A stretch of DNA of 49,054 nucleotides from Thomasclavelia sp. (GCA_020024765.1 JAHHTG010000001.1:1-49054), one strand, 5' to 3'; numbered from the stretch's first letter, positions 1-9,118 are shown. A program made the numbers and translations. The notes: a model not told the origin generated them from the letters alone.

Positions 1-732
1 ATATAAAACATATAAAAGACATGTAATTTCTAACGAACTAAAGTTTGGAAGTAATTCTTCAAAGATGAAGAAACGTCCTTTAAAGTACATATAATCAGCA
101 TTAATAGATGAATAATTAATGATATTAGCAGGAATTGATACAAGTAAACTTGCAACACACGGACAGAATAACTCATAAGCTCGCTCGATATGATCGTAAC
201 GATGCATACCAGTAACTACAATCACAAGATATGTGAATAACATGCATCCATGAAAAAAGAAAGTGTGGAAGCCTGGGAACGAAATGCACGAATAACTCGT
301 TAATCTTGAAATGGGATATAAGAAATTTAAGACAGCACCTAGCATACCGAGTGTACAAATATAGCCAAATGCAATCTTCTTGCCTAATCCTTTGCCCCAT
401 ATCACAAAAGGCAATGTATATAAGAAAATGCTGCATGGATATAGTGACAAGCTTTCAGCTAAGTCAATACCAACCGTCTTGCCAGCTGTACTATCCCAAT
501 AGATAATGGCTATTTCCAAAACTAAAAGAGTAACCCAAATCCACGTAAAAGTCCTTTTAATGTATTCACGATGCTTATTTAGGTAAATTACACCCATAAT
601 TATAATAACTAATAATACTGCCTCAAATATAAAATGTAGTGGCGTATAAAGCGTTCCTGGAATTAATGATGCATCCACTAAGAAATCTTTATGAGTAAAG
701 AAATTTTCTAAAACATATCCTAAATCTTGCAT
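1..732 (-). CDS. Integral membrane protein, YwaF/TIGR02206-like; N-terminal 244 codons, C-terminus runs off the left edge
   Basis: I read the minus strand codon by codon from ATG at 732 to position 1 and found no stop. The ORF track omits it because there is no in-window stop. The translation MQDLGYVLENFFTHKDF... is multi-helix hydrophobic, with LYPCS and FHTFFFHG motifs reminiscent of YwaF-type proteins. Track ORFs 173-436(-) and 306-506(+) are out-of-frame shadows of it. Confidence 0.6.
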   Translation of the reverse strand, partial: MQDLGYVLENFFTHKDFLVDASLIPGTLYTPLHFIFEAVLLVIIIMGVIYLNKHREYIKRTFTWIWVTLLVLEIAIIYWDSTAGKTVGIDLAESLSLYPCSIFLYTLPFVIWGKGLGKKIAFGYICTLGMLGAVLNFLYPISRLTSYSCISFPGFHTFFFHGCMLFTYLVIVVTGMHRYDHIERAYELFCPCVASLLVSIPANIINYSSINADYMYFKGRFFIFEELLPNFSSLEITCLLYVLY

Positions 733-826
733 AGTCTCCCCTTATATTAGTTAGGCAATATTCTATCATAATGTTGTGTAAGATGATGGTTAGAATTAAT
801 AAAAGAGTTAAATTTTCGTTAAAGAC

Positions 827-878
827 TTGTTTTATATATCGAAGTACGATATATTATATGTAACGAGGTGCGATATAT
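827..878 (+). promoter_or_regulatory. Candidate padR promoter with overlapping inverted-repeat operator
   Basis: TTGTTT (827-832), 17-nt spacer, TATATT (850-855). A perfect 8-bp inverted repeat ATATATCG-n5-CGATATAT (834-854) lies across the spacer and the -10 box. A third CGATATAT half-site (871-878) sits just before the SD AAGGAGGG. Confidence 0.45.
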
Positions 879-889
879 AAGGAGGGTCT

Positions 890-1213
890 ATGGAAGAACG
901 AATTAAACGAATTTATGTGCCAATGACCGAGACTGGTTTCTACATTTTATTTTGTCTAAGACTTCCACAACATGGTTATGGTATTGCTCAAAAAGTTAAA
1001 GAAATGACAAATAATGAAGTAACTATCAGTCCTGGTACAATGTATGGAACATTGTCCAAAATGGAAAAAGATGGGTTGATTAAATTCGTTAAGGAAGAAG
1101 AAAAACGAAAATTATATATCATAACAGATTTAGGGAATGAAATATTGAATCTGGAAATTAAACGCATCGAACGTTTGTATAAGAATAGTAAAGGAGAAAG
1201 CTGTCATGAGTAA
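890..1213 (+). CDS. PadR family transcriptional regulator
   Basis: 107 aa. Winged-helix signature HGYGIAQKV...ISPGTMYGTLSKMEKDGLI...KLYIITDLG is typical of PadR. Strong SD AAGGAGGG 5 nt upstream of the ATG. Confidence 0.9.
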   Translation: MEERIKRIYVPMTETGFYILFCLRLPQHGYGIAQKVKEMTNNEVTISPGTMYGTLSKMEKDGLIKFVKEEEKRKLYIITDLGNEILNLEIKRIERLYKNSKGESCHE

Positions 1214-1742
1214 GATTAAATTTGCATATTTTACAATTGCTGATTATGAAGATGAGGAAATTTAGCTACGCAAGCAACACCAAAACGGCTTAAAGTTCAA
1301 ACAATTCATCATTCCTGGTATCTATATTTTTGATGAATGTGAAAAAGAAGATGTCATCTATCGTCTTGATTATAATGAAGCTCCTAGAAATGAAGACTAT
1401 ACGAAATTATTTGAAGATTATGGTTGGGAATATCTCATGACATTTAATGGTTTTTCATATTTTAGAAAACCAAAGTCTAAAATAGAAGCTAATATTGATG
1501 GTGAAATTTTTTCAGATAATGTTACTAAAGTTGAAATGGTTGAACATATCATCAAAACAAAAATGATACCTGTTTCAATCTTATTAATTTCTTCATTAAT
1601 CATTTTAATATTTATAAGTGATTATGAGTTACTTGAACCATGGTTTAAGATTATCCATGCTTCGATTGTGCTTCTTGATGTTACACTATTAACACACTGT
1701 ACAATCAAATTGAATAAACTCAAAAATAAATACCTTAAGTAA
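1206..1742 (+). pseudogene. DUF2812-family membrane protein (usual PadR partner), interrupted by an in-frame TAG at 1263-1265
   Basis: ATG 1206 overlaps the padR stop (ATGA). The frame reads MSKIKFAYFTIADYEDEEI-TAG-LRKQHQNGLKFKQF...DYGWEYLMTFNGFSYFRKP and continues in the same frame into track ORF 1437-1742. The stop falls where DUF2812 proteins carry the Trp of the EExWL motif, so TGG to TAG is one substitution. Confidence 0.7.
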
Positions 1743-1758
1743 TCAGTACACTATAAAA

Positions 1759-1790
1759 GGGCTGTTAAGAAAAAATATTCTTAACAGCCC
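1759..1790. terminator. Bidirectional rho-independent terminator between convergent genes
   Basis: GGGCTGTTAAGA - 8-nt loop - TCTTAACAGCCC, a perfect 12-bp stem with A/T runs on both sides. Confidence 0.8.
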
Positions 1791-1804
1791 CTTATTAAAT
1801 TTTA

Positions 1805-2455
1805 TTACATCATAAAGACAATTGCGACAAAGTGAGCAATGCTAGCTAAGGCAATAAAGATGTGCCAGACGAAATGAGCATACGGAAACTTCTTAGCATA
1901 GAAAATAGCCCCAATGGTATAGAAGATACCACCTAAGACAATTAAACCTAAAAACCAAGATGAAGAAACTCTAATAAGCGTTGGTAGGATTAAAATCGCT
2001 ATCCAACCCATCGTCATATATAGACACATCGAGAGTTTCTTGTGAGCCTTACTTGATATTGAAGTTAAAAGAATACCGGCAATGGTTGTTCCCCATTCAA
2101 TAATTAGTAAAATTAAGCCCTTCCAACCACCAATTAACTCTAAGAGAATTGGAGTATAAGTTCCAGCAATAGCTAAATAGATGGCGCAATGATCTAATTT
2201 ACGAAAAACATATTTATGATTAGAACCAAATTCCATCGCATGATAGATGCATGAACATGTAAACATCAGGAAGATGCAAATCATATAGATAGATTCGCCA
2301 ATCGCTCCTAAAGCACCACCGTTTAAATAGGCACGAATCGCCACATAAGGTAAGGTAAACAAGAATAGAACAGCCATTACACCATGGCTGACCGAGTTAC
2401 CAACCTCTTCACCAAATGATAATTTAAACATATCACGCATTGATTCATCTTTCAT
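1805..2455 (-). CDS. Hemolysin III / PAQR family membrane protein
   Basis: 216 aa with 7 predicted TM helices. Motifs NSVSHG, SCIYH and HxxxH-like HFVWHIF are typical of the HlyIII (YqfA/YplQ) family. The start lies 1 nt after the obg stop, and the SD GAGGAT is inside the obg 3' end. Confidence 0.85.
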   Translation of the reverse strand: MKDESMRDMFKLSFGEEVGNSVSHGVMAVLFLFTLPYVAIRAYLNGGALGAIGESIYMICIFLMFTCSCIYHAMEFGSNHKYVFRKLDHCAIYLAIAGTYTPILLELIGGWKGLILLIIEWGTTIAGILLTSISSKAHKKLSMCLYMTMGWIAILILPTLIRVSSSWFLGLIVLGGIFYTIGAIFYAKKFPYAHFVWHIFIALASIAHFVAIVFMM

Positions 2456-2456
2456 A

Positions 2457-3743
2457 TTAATCCTCGTCTACAAATTCAAAACCAAAGTCCTTAATGTATA
2501 CGTAATCACCATCTTTACAGCCTTTTTCTCTTAAGGCATCATCGACTTTCATGTTACGTAATGCACGTCCGAAATAGATAATACTGTCTTCGTTGTCGAA
2601 GTTGACGTTGCTTAATAAACGGAAGACCTTTTCACCTTCAACGCGGTAAACTCCATTACCTTCGTTATAGACAGTGAATTCGTTCTTCTTAGGTTCAAAC
2701 TTATAAACAACTTCTTCTGCTGACTTGTCTTCATCATAAATTGGGAAGGCAGGTGTCACAGCTAATAGATCCTTGATACGGTATAGAACTTGTTCTAGGC
2801 CTTCGTGGATAATTGTTGTTGTTTCAAAGATTTCGACGTCAGGGTATTTAGCCTTGAAACGTTCTAAATTAGCCGGAGCATCATCAAGATCCATCTTGTT
2901 TGCTACAACAATTTGTGGACGTTTTTCAAGGTTACCTGGATATTTTAATAATTCATTGTTGATGATTTCATAATCTTCAACTGGATCACGACCATCATTT
3001 CCACCCATGTCAATAACATGTAGAATTACGCGACATCTTTCGATGTGTTTTAAGAATTCGTGTCCTAAACCTTTACCTTCAGCCGCACCTTCAATTAAAC
3101 CCGGTAAATCCGCCATAACAAAACTTGAACCATCAGGAACTTGGACCATACCAAGTTGCGGTTTTAAAGTTGTGAATGGATAATCTCCAATTTCTGGACG
3201 AGCCTTCGATACAACTGATAGTAATGTTGATTTACCAACGCTTGGGAAACCAACTAAGCCAACATCGGCCAATAATTTTAATTCAACGATAACCTCACGT
3301 TTTTCACCCGCTTCGCCAAGTTTAGCATATTCAGGTGCACTATTAATTGAAGTTGCAAAGTGATAGTTACCAAGACCGCCCTTGCCACCTTTACAAATGA
3401 CAGCTTCTTGGCCATCTTCCTTAAGGTCGGCAATTAAATCACCGGTTTCAACATCACGGACCATAGTTCCAACAGGGACTTTAACATAAACATCCTCAGA
3501 ACTCTTACCATGCATCTTGTTGTTCTTACCTTTTTCACCATCTTTAGCAACAACTTGTTTAGTATAACGTAAATCTAATAAAGTTGATTTATTTGTGTCG
3601 GCCTTGAAAATGATTGAGCCACCTTTGCCTCCATCACCACCACCTGGACCGCCAAGTGGCACGTATTTAGCTCGTAAGAAGGAAACTAGTCCGTCACCAC
3701 CATTACCAGCTTTTAATTTGATTTTTACTTTATCTATGAACAT
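2457..3743 (-). CDS. obg: GTPase Obg/CgtA
   Basis: 428 aa. Glycine-rich Obg fold (GGDGGKGGSIIF, GGKGGLGN), G domain GFPSVGKST / DLPGLIEGA / NKMD, and a C-terminal OCT-type domain. Confidence 0.97.
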   Translation of the reverse strand: MFIDKVKIKLKAGNGGDGLVSFLRAKYVPLGGPGGGDGGKGGSIIFKADTNKSTLLDLRYTKQVVAKDGEKGKNNKMHGKSSEDVYVKVPVGTMVRDVETGDLIADLKEDGQEAVICKGGKGGLGNYHFATSINSAPEYAKLGEAGEKREVIVELKLLADVGLVGFPSVGKSTLLSVVSKARPEIGDYPFTTLKPQLGMVQVPDGSSFVMADLPGLIEGAAEGKGLGHEFLKHIERCRVILHVIDMGGNDGRDPVEDYEIINNELLKYPGNLEKRPQIVVANKMDLDDAPANLERFKAKYPDVEIFETTTIIHEGLEQVLYRIKDLLAVTPAFPIYDEDKSAEEVVYKFEPKKNEFTVYNEGNGVYRVEGEKVFRLLSNVNFDNEDSIIYFGRALRNMKVDDALREKGCKDGDYVYIKDFGFEFVDED

Positions 3744-3751
3744 ATAATTCC

Positions 3752-3785
3752 TCTAAAAATAAAAGCCCATACTGGATGGGCTTTT
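3752..3785 (-). terminator. Hairpin terminator/attenuator between rpmA and obg
   Basis: On the minus strand: AAAAGCCCAT-CCAGT-ATGGGCTTTT followed by ATTTTT. The obg SD follows immediately. Confidence 0.7.
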
Positions 3786-3787
3786 GA

Positions 3788-4072
3788 TTATGCAATTGGA
3801 TATACAGAAACTTTCTTGCCAGTTTTACCGACACGTTCAAATTTAACGATTCCATCAACAGTACAGAATAGAGTGTCATCTCCACCCTTCATTACATTTG
3901 TACCTGGATGAATTTTAGTTCCTCTTTGACGGTATAGAATAGATCCTGCTGTTGCAAACTCTCCATCTGATTTCTTTGCACCTAAGCGTTTAGAATGTGA
4001 ATCACGACCGTTCTTAGTCGAACCAACACCCTTCTTAGAAGCGAAATATTGGATATTTAAAACGAATTTCAT
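3788..4072 (-). CDS. rpmA: 50S ribosomal protein L27 with N-terminal propeptide
   Basis: Starts [25 protein letters not shown]. This carries the Firmicutes L27 extension with the F/A Prp cleavage motif. The SD AAAGGAG lies 8 nt upstream of ATG 4072, so the track start at 4093 is too long. Confidence 0.95.
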   Translation of the reverse strand: MKFVLNIQYFASKKGVGSTKNGRDSHSKRLGAKKSDGEFATAGSILYRQRGTKIHPGTNVMKGGDDTLFCTVDGIVKFERVGKTGKKVSVYPIA

Positions 4073-4076
4073 TTTC

Positions 4077-4385
4077 TTATCTCCTTTCATCAATTTTTAT
4101 GTATTGACTATAAGATTCCTCAATTGTTTTCAACTGGAGAACCGCGAGTTCCAAGTAATTGTTAACCTTCTCACTGTTACCATCATTGATAATTTCAAGA
4201 TTGTTCCCGAGATCTTTAATAATTACTTGTTTGTCAACCATGTCAATGGCATTCATTAGTCCAAACATAATTGAACTAACACCTGCGCAAATTAAATCTT
4301 TGCCGTAGTCATCACTCATTGCATGTCCTTTGACATTTAAATAAGTATAATGACCATCGTTAAAGCCGTATTTAACGGAAATCAT
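4077..4385 (-). CDS. prp: Ribosomal-processing cysteine protease Prp (YsxB family)
   Basis: 102 aa between rplU and rpmA. GHA...DLICAGVSS motif (His/Cys dyad) is typical of Prp. Confidence 0.9.
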   Translation of the reverse strand: MISVKYGFNDGHYTYLNVKGHAMSDDYGKDLICAGVSSIMFGLMNAIDMVDKQVIIKDLGNNLEIINDGNSEKVNNYLELAVLQLKTIEESYSQYIKIDERR

Positions 4386-4696
4386 TAAGCGTTGATTGAT
4401 TCAACAACTAACTTAGTATATGGTTGACGATGACCTTGTTTTCTTCTAGTTGAACCCTTTTTAGCCTTATATTTGAAAATTACGATTTTCTTTGCCTTGC
4501 CTTGTTTTTCAACCTTGCAAGTTACTTTCGCACCTTCAACATAAGGATGACCAAGAGTTAAACCATTGTTTTCAACAGCAACTACTTTATCAAATGTGAA
4601 TGATTCACCTTCGTTTGCTTCTAATTTTTCAACGAAAATTACTGATCCTTCTTCGACCTTAAGTTGCTTACCGCCAGTTTCGATTACTGCGTACAT
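4385..4696 (-). CDS. rplU: 50S ribosomal protein L21
   Basis: [17 protein letters not shown]... is the canonical L21 N-terminus. 103 aa. Its stop overlaps the prp start (TAATG). Confidence 0.97.
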   Translation of the reverse strand: MYAVIETGGKQLKVEEGSVIFVEKLEANEGESFTFDKVVAVENNGLTLGHPYVEGAKVTCKVEKQGKAKKIVIFKYKAKKGSTRRKQGHRQPYTKLVVESINA

Positions 4697-4800
4697 TTAC
4701 CTTGCACCTCCTTGTTTTTCTAAATCTTAAGACGCGCCATTGAGGTGTATTAATATAACTTAGAACCTCTTTTGAGCGGTTATAGACCCTCTAAGGGGGC
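4697..4800 (-). promoter_or_regulatory. Candidate rplU 5' leader (L21-leader-like ribosomal protein autoregulatory element)
   Basis: 136-nt non-coding gap upstream of rplU. On the minus strand CACCTC (4747-4742) is complementary to the SD GAGGTG (4710-4705). There are extra GC-rich hairpins (GCCCCCTTAGAGGGTC). I could not test it against the Rfam L21_leader model. Confidence 0.35.
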
Positions 4801-4832
4801 TACAACACAAGAATAATAGCATAGTATCCCGT

Positions 4833-6122
4833 TTAAATCAAGGATTTTAGGCTATTTATCATCATTGCAATGATTTCTTTGTCTGTCTCTTTCATACCTT
4901 CTTTAGCTAGGCGGCCAATGTTGCTAATTGTACTTTCAGCACCCTTTGCAGTTAAACCGTCACCTGCTTTAAATTCGTTATGACGTAAATACATATTGTA
5001 TCCAAGTAGGCCTGCATCAACTGCCGATTGAATCTTAGCAGCGCAACTTGGTTTAGCACCATCACACACAGTACCTGAGATAATGCCAAGACCATTCACA
5101 ACAGTATGTGCTACTGCTTCAAAACTATGTGTTTCTAAATACGCAATTCCTGCACCAGCACCAATGCCAGCACTAACTGCGCCACAATATGCACTTAAAC
5201 GACCAATCCCACTCTTTTGATGGATAGTACATAAATCGCTAACACATAATGCACGATAGATTTCTTCTTCACTATAGCCGTTATCACGACCATACACAAC
5301 AACTGGTACAGAAGAAGTAATACCTTGATTACCACTGCCTGAGACAATGATAACTGGTAATTCACACCCACTCATTCGGGCGTCACTTCCAGCAGCGGCA
5401 TAAGCCTTAGCGCGAATCATTGTATCGTTACCATAAGTCTTTAACAAAGTCTTGCCGATATTAGCTCCCCAATCATTACGGATACCTTCTTCAGCAATCG
5501 CCATATTAAAATCAATTTGTGGATCTAAGTATGGTTTTACATCATTTACATCTACGATATCAGCAAATTCCACGATGCTTTTAATATTTAAACAACTTTT
5601 ATCACAAACATCTTCTTTAACTTCTTGAACACCTGTATCTAAGATAACTTTATCATTCTTGGAAGCATAGACAATATTTGTATGATAGTTGACAATACGA
5701 GCCTTAACGATATCATTATCCTTTTTTAAAGTGATAATCATATCAAAAATATGGCCTGATTCTAATAAACCAACTTTAATTTCGTGTGTTTCAGAATATT
5801 CTTGAATTTTAGCGACATCTTCGCGACTTACTTCCGCAATTACTTCAAGTTGTTTAGCACTTACACCGGCTACAAGTCCAGCAGAAACTGCAGCACCAAT
5901 TCCCTTCATGCCACCGGTATTTGGCACAACAACACTCTTAACATTTTTTAAAAGGTTGCCACTCACATCGATCTCAACACTTTCAGGCAAATCGCCTAAA
6001 ATATCACGGGCATAACTTGCTAAATAAGCAATCGCAATTGGCTCTGTACAACCCATTGCTGGTAATAATTCTTCTTTTAAAATTCGAAGATATTGATTAT
6101 AAATCGCATCATGTCTTTCCAT
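4833..6122 (-). CDS. cyuA: UPF0597/YhaM-type L-cysteine desulfidase (CyuA-like)
   Basis: 429 aa. The N-terminus ...ILKEELLPAMGCTEPIAIAYLAS... matches the conserved GCTEPI motif of the YhaM/CyuA family. Confidence 0.75.
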   Translation of the reverse strand: MERHDAIYNQYLRILKEELLPAMGCTEPIAIAYLASYARDILGDLPESVEIDVSGNLLKNVKSVVVPNTGGMKGIGAAVSAGLVAGVSAKQLEVIAEVSREDVAKIQEYSETHEIKVGLLESGHIFDMIITLKKDNDIVKARIVNYHTNIVYASKNDKVILDTGVQEVKEDVCDKSCLNIKSIVEFADIVDVNDVKPYLDPQIDFNMAIAEEGIRNDWGANIGKTLLKTYGNDTMIRAKAYAAAGSDARMSGCELPVIIVSGSGNQGITSSVPVVVYGRDNGYSEEEIYRALCVSDLCTIHQKSGIGRLSAYCGAVSAGIGAGAGIAYLETHSFEAVAHTVVNGLGIISGTVCDGAKPSCAAKIQSAVDAGLLGYNMYLRHNEFKAGDGLTAKGAESTISNIGRLAKEGMKETDKEIIAMMINSLKSLI

Positions 6123-6133
6123 ATTTCACCTCA

Positions 6134-7093
6134 TCAACAATTACTTAAATATTCTTGATCATCAATCTTGCTAGCCTTAATTGCATCAATGATCGCAAGC
6201 TGCATCACTTTTGCAGCTAATGTCCCGATGACATTGATATCAGCCGGATGTTCGCCTACACTACAAGCGTAAATTGTATCGCCATCCGCCATTGTGCCAA
6301 CCGGGTCAATACTCCTAGCATACCCATTTCGCGCCATATTTGCAATCTTTGAAAGCTCAGCTTTATTGAATTTTGCGTTAGTCACTACTACACCTAAGGT
6401 TGTATTTGCCTTTTCGTTACTGTGATTTGGTAAATAACCTAAGGTATTTTCAAAACTTAAATAACTCTTACGTTCGTGATTTAATACACCTGCAATTTTA
6501 TTACCGTTAGTATCAAAAATATCACCAAGCGCATTAACAACGACAATAGCGCTTAAATAAATATCACCAAAATAAATTGTATAGACACCAAGACCTGCTT
6601 TTGATGCTTGTTTCATACCCAACAATTTGCCAACGGTTGCACCAACACCAGCTCCAATATTACCATGAGCATCGCTTGTACCTTTTAAAGCCTTTTCGCA
6701 AGCTTCATAGCCCATATTGGCATCAGGTCTAACATCAGCCTTGCCATAGCTTAAATCATAAATACATGAGCCTAAAACAAGTGGTACACAAGCACAATTA
6801 GTTTCAAGTCCAATAGCGTGTTTTTCTAAACATTCCATAACACCTTGTGAAGCCGCTAAACCATAAGCTGAACCACCCGCTAAGACAATCGCATTAACAG
6901 GATTATCAGCAGTTAATGGTGTTGCAAGAGGTGTCTCACGTGACGCTGGTCCACCTCCACTTATATCAACACCTACACAAGCGCCATTTTTAAAATAAAT
7001 TACAGATACCCCAGTTTTAGCTTCATCATTTGTCACGTGGTTTAAATTAAAACCATCAATCATTTCTAAACTAATCTTTTGATATAAATCCAT
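6134..7093 (-). CDS. P1/S58 family peptidase (DmpA-like L-aminopeptidase/D-esterase)
   Basis: 319 aa. Motifs GVSVIYF, SGGGPASRET, AIVLAGGSAYGLAA and ANTTLGVVVTN (self-processing nucleophile region) are typical of DmpA/BapA. Confidence 0.8.
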   Translation of the reverse strand: MDLYQKISLEMIDGFNLNHVTNDEAKTGVSVIYFKNGACVGVDISGGGPASRETPLATPLTADNPVNAIVLAGGSAYGLAASQGVMECLEKHAIGLETNCACVPLVLGSCIYDLSYGKADVRPDANMGYEACEKALKGTSDAHGNIGAGVGATVGKLLGMKQASKAGLGVYTIYFGDIYLSAIVVVNALGDIFDTNGNKIAGVLNHERKSYLSFENTLGYLPNHSNEKANTTLGVVVTNAKFNKAELSKIANMARNGYARSIDPVGTMADGDTIYACSVGEHPADINVIGTLAAKVMQLAIIDAIKASKIDDQEYLSNC

Positions 7094-7131
7094 CTTGATA
7101 CCTCGTTTGTCTATATTTTAGCATTATTTAA

Positions 7132-7160
7132 AAGCCAAAAACGCCAAATTAATGGCGTTT
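7132..7160 (-). terminator. Rho-independent terminator of the arylsulfotransferase-like gene
   Basis: AAACGCCA-n6-TGGCGTTT (7139-7160) followed by a T-run on the minus strand. Overlaps the stop codon. Confidence 0.75.
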
Positions 7161-9099
7161 AATAAGTAATTGTATAAGTCGAATCATAAAGACTATTATT
7201 ATAGATATAACATAAACGATATGTGCCCTTGAGTCCTTCTGCGCTAACTGTTTGAATCATGAAGGATTCATCCGGTTTTGGTGAATTAAAAATAGCCACA
7301 CATGTGCCAGGTTCTTCATCGACTTGGAAAGGATAAACCAGCGCTTTATTGTCTTGAACTAGAACTAATTCAAGATTATCTTCTTTATGCAATAAACCTG
7401 AAACTACGATACGATCGGTTTCATCGACAAAAGTAATTGGCATAGCAACATTTAACTGCTCAACATTGATAAAATCATCATATTCTTTTAATAAATCACC
7501 AACCTTAATCTCTTTGTGTTTTGTCACGCCAAGGTTACCTAATAATTTTGAGTCTTCAAATGAAGTTGTTGTAAACTTCGTGACATCGATTTTTTCGGCG
7601 CGATAAATATTGCACGGAAACTTTAGTTCAAATACCAATTCACCATCTTGAATTTCAGAGATAAAAGCATCCATATGATCATGTGCAGTTAATGAACCAG
7701 GATCGTTATTGATTTTACCATTAAGATATGAGATACCACCCGAAGTCACCAAGAAATGATTATCACCTAGATAATCATTATCACAAATATATGGTGAATA
7801 ATATTCAAATCCACGCTCTTTGCCATATTGATAAACTTGTTCAATAGTATGGTTGGTTTCATCAACCTTATAAATAACCATGCGCGAATAGTTATCTTCA
7901 GCAGCTAAAGATTCAGCTTTAGTTTTAGAACGATACATACCATTATCAAAAACCATCAAGTGTTCACTATCAATCCAAGTTGCTGCATGTTGAGCCCATT
8001 GCCATTCAAATTCTTCACCAATCGGAGTTAAGAAATATGGGTGCATCTCTTCACTCCAATTATCATTTGAACCAATTAAATATTTTAATGCGCCACTATC
8101 GTAATCGATAACAGCTACAACATCTTGATGACGGCCCGAAACTGTAAGAGTGTTATTTGTGGGCTCGTAATCGACTGAATTATTGTGGAACCAGTCACTA
8201 GCAGTCCAATTTAAACTACGACCATCTTTTGTATCAAAGATATCTTTCAAATCGAAGGTCTTAACAACGTTACCAGTCTCACAATCAACTTCTACAATAA
8301 CATCTTCTACGGTTTTGCCATTGAAATCATCACTGCAAACCAAGAAATTACCATTCGGCAATTCATCGATATCATGGTGATAGCCACCAGGTAAACGATA
8401 CTCACTTTCGATATGGCCTAATAAATCCATCGTCACAAAACCAGTTGTGTAATACGGACTATTAATAATGCGATCACTACTTAAAACAAGTTTGCCATCT
8501 TTTAGTATGTTGACATCCCAAAAATGTGCCGATGATAAGATAAATCTTAAATCACCATTGCAATCATAAGCCGAAACATGACCATTACTGCTAGGTGTTG
8601 TAAAATATAGTTCATTATGATTTTCTATTAAATTCTTTTGTGTTACTTCTGGTAAATAAACATCTGCTGGTAATTCATGTGCCATAACTTCATGTGTGAA
8701 GATTTGATTATTAACCTTAATTTCTACAGTTGTCGGTTGATCAGATAATAAACCAACAATCGGTAAAATATGCTTAGTACTTGGTTCAAAATTAAAGATT
8801 AAATCAGCAGCGGTTGTTTTACCTTTGACAACCATTTCAATTGGAAATTCACTATCAGTTTCAAATTCTATAATTGCCGAAAGTGGAGCCATACCATATG
8901 GATCGACAATGATAATTGGTTCTTCCAAAGTACCACCATTCAGTTGTTCAACTAAGACTTCTGTTTTATCCTTTTGAGCCAGCATCGTAGTTGGTTTCAT
9001 CTCTAAAGATTGGCCTTCAATTTCAAATTCATAAGGTTTTTGGCAAGCGGTTAAAACTAATCCCAATAGTAATAAAAGTGCGATAAGTTTTTGTCTCAT
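7159..9099 (-). CDS. Arylsulfate sulfotransferase (ASST)-family lipoprotein
   Basis: Start moved to ATG 9099 (SD AAAGGAGAAG upstream). MRQKLIALLLLLGLVLTAC is a signal peptide with a lipobox. The GGYHHDIDELPNGNFLV and WFHNNS blocks are typical of the ASST beta-propeller. Confidence 0.75.
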   Translation of the reverse strand: MRQKLIALLLLLGLVLTACQKPYEFEIEGQSLEMKPTTMLAQKDKTEVLVEQLNGGTLEEPIIIVDPYGMAPLSAIIEFETDSEFPIEMVVKGKTTAADLIFNFEPSTKHILPIVGLLSDQPTTVEIKVNNQIFTHEVMAHELPADVYLPEVTQKNLIENHNELYFTTPSSNGHVSAYDCNGDLRFILSSAHFWDVNILKDGKLVLSSDRIINSPYYTTGFVTMDLLGHIESEYRLPGGYHHDIDELPNGNFLVCSDDFNGKTVEDVIVEVDCETGNVVKTFDLKDIFDTKDGRSLNWTASDWFHNNSVDYEPTNNTLTVSGRHQDVVAVIDYDSGALKYLIGSNDNWSEEMHPYFLTPIGEEFEWQWAQHAATWIDSEHLMVFDNGMYRSKTKAESLAAEDNYSRMVIYKVDETNHTIEQVYQYGKERGFEYYSPYICDNDYLGDNHFLVTSGGISYLNGKINNDPGSLTAHDHMDAFISEIQDGELVFELKFPCNIYRAEKIDVTKFTTTSFEDSKLLGNLGVTKHKEIKVGDLLKEYDDFINVEQLNVAMPITFVDETDRIVVSGLLHKEDNLELVLVQDNKALVYPFQVDEEPGTCVAIFNSPKPDESFMIQTVSAEGLKGTYRLCYIYNNSLYDSTYTITY

Positions 9100-9118
9100 T
9101 AGTAACTTCTCCTTTCGC

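Noticed and set aside
173-506. Track ORFs 173-436(-) and 306-506(+)
   Set aside because: Both are out of frame relative to the continuous minus-strand reading frame 732 to 1. That frame encodes a coherent multi-TM protein, and these two have no SD and odd composition.
841-866. Possible dif (XerC/D) site, because of ATATATTATATGTAAC
   Set aside because: Only about 7 of 11 positions match the conserved XerD arm TTATGTAAACT, with an extra AT insertion and no credible XerC arm. The sequence is better explained as the padR promoter and operator.
1263-1265. Stop-codon reassignment or alternative genetic code as the explanation for the in-frame TAG
   Set aside because: TAG terminates well-defined genes elsewhere in the window (19791-19793, 35774-35776, 43236-43238), and all long ORFs close under the standard code. 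A point mutation or sequencing error is more economical.
2773-2973. Nested antisense or alternate-frame ORFs from the track. Examples: 2773-2973, 8183-8380, 10645-10896, 11368-11601, 13491-13682, 14906-15103, 16290-16478, 21851-22177, 22792-23204, 24239-24424, 25775-25969, 26561-26815, 31629-31820, 32923-33250, 35950-36186, 36710-37014, 37423-37638, 41145-41394, 43930-44311, 47803-48102
   Set aside because: All lie entirely within (or largely overlap) well-supported longer genes. They have low-complexity or Leu/Ser/Ile-rich shadow-frame composition and no SD.
3752-3785. The rpmA-obg hairpin as something unusual
   Set aside because: It is a standard intrinsic terminator or partial attenuator between a ribosomal-protein operon and a downstream gene. 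It is recorded as a feature only.
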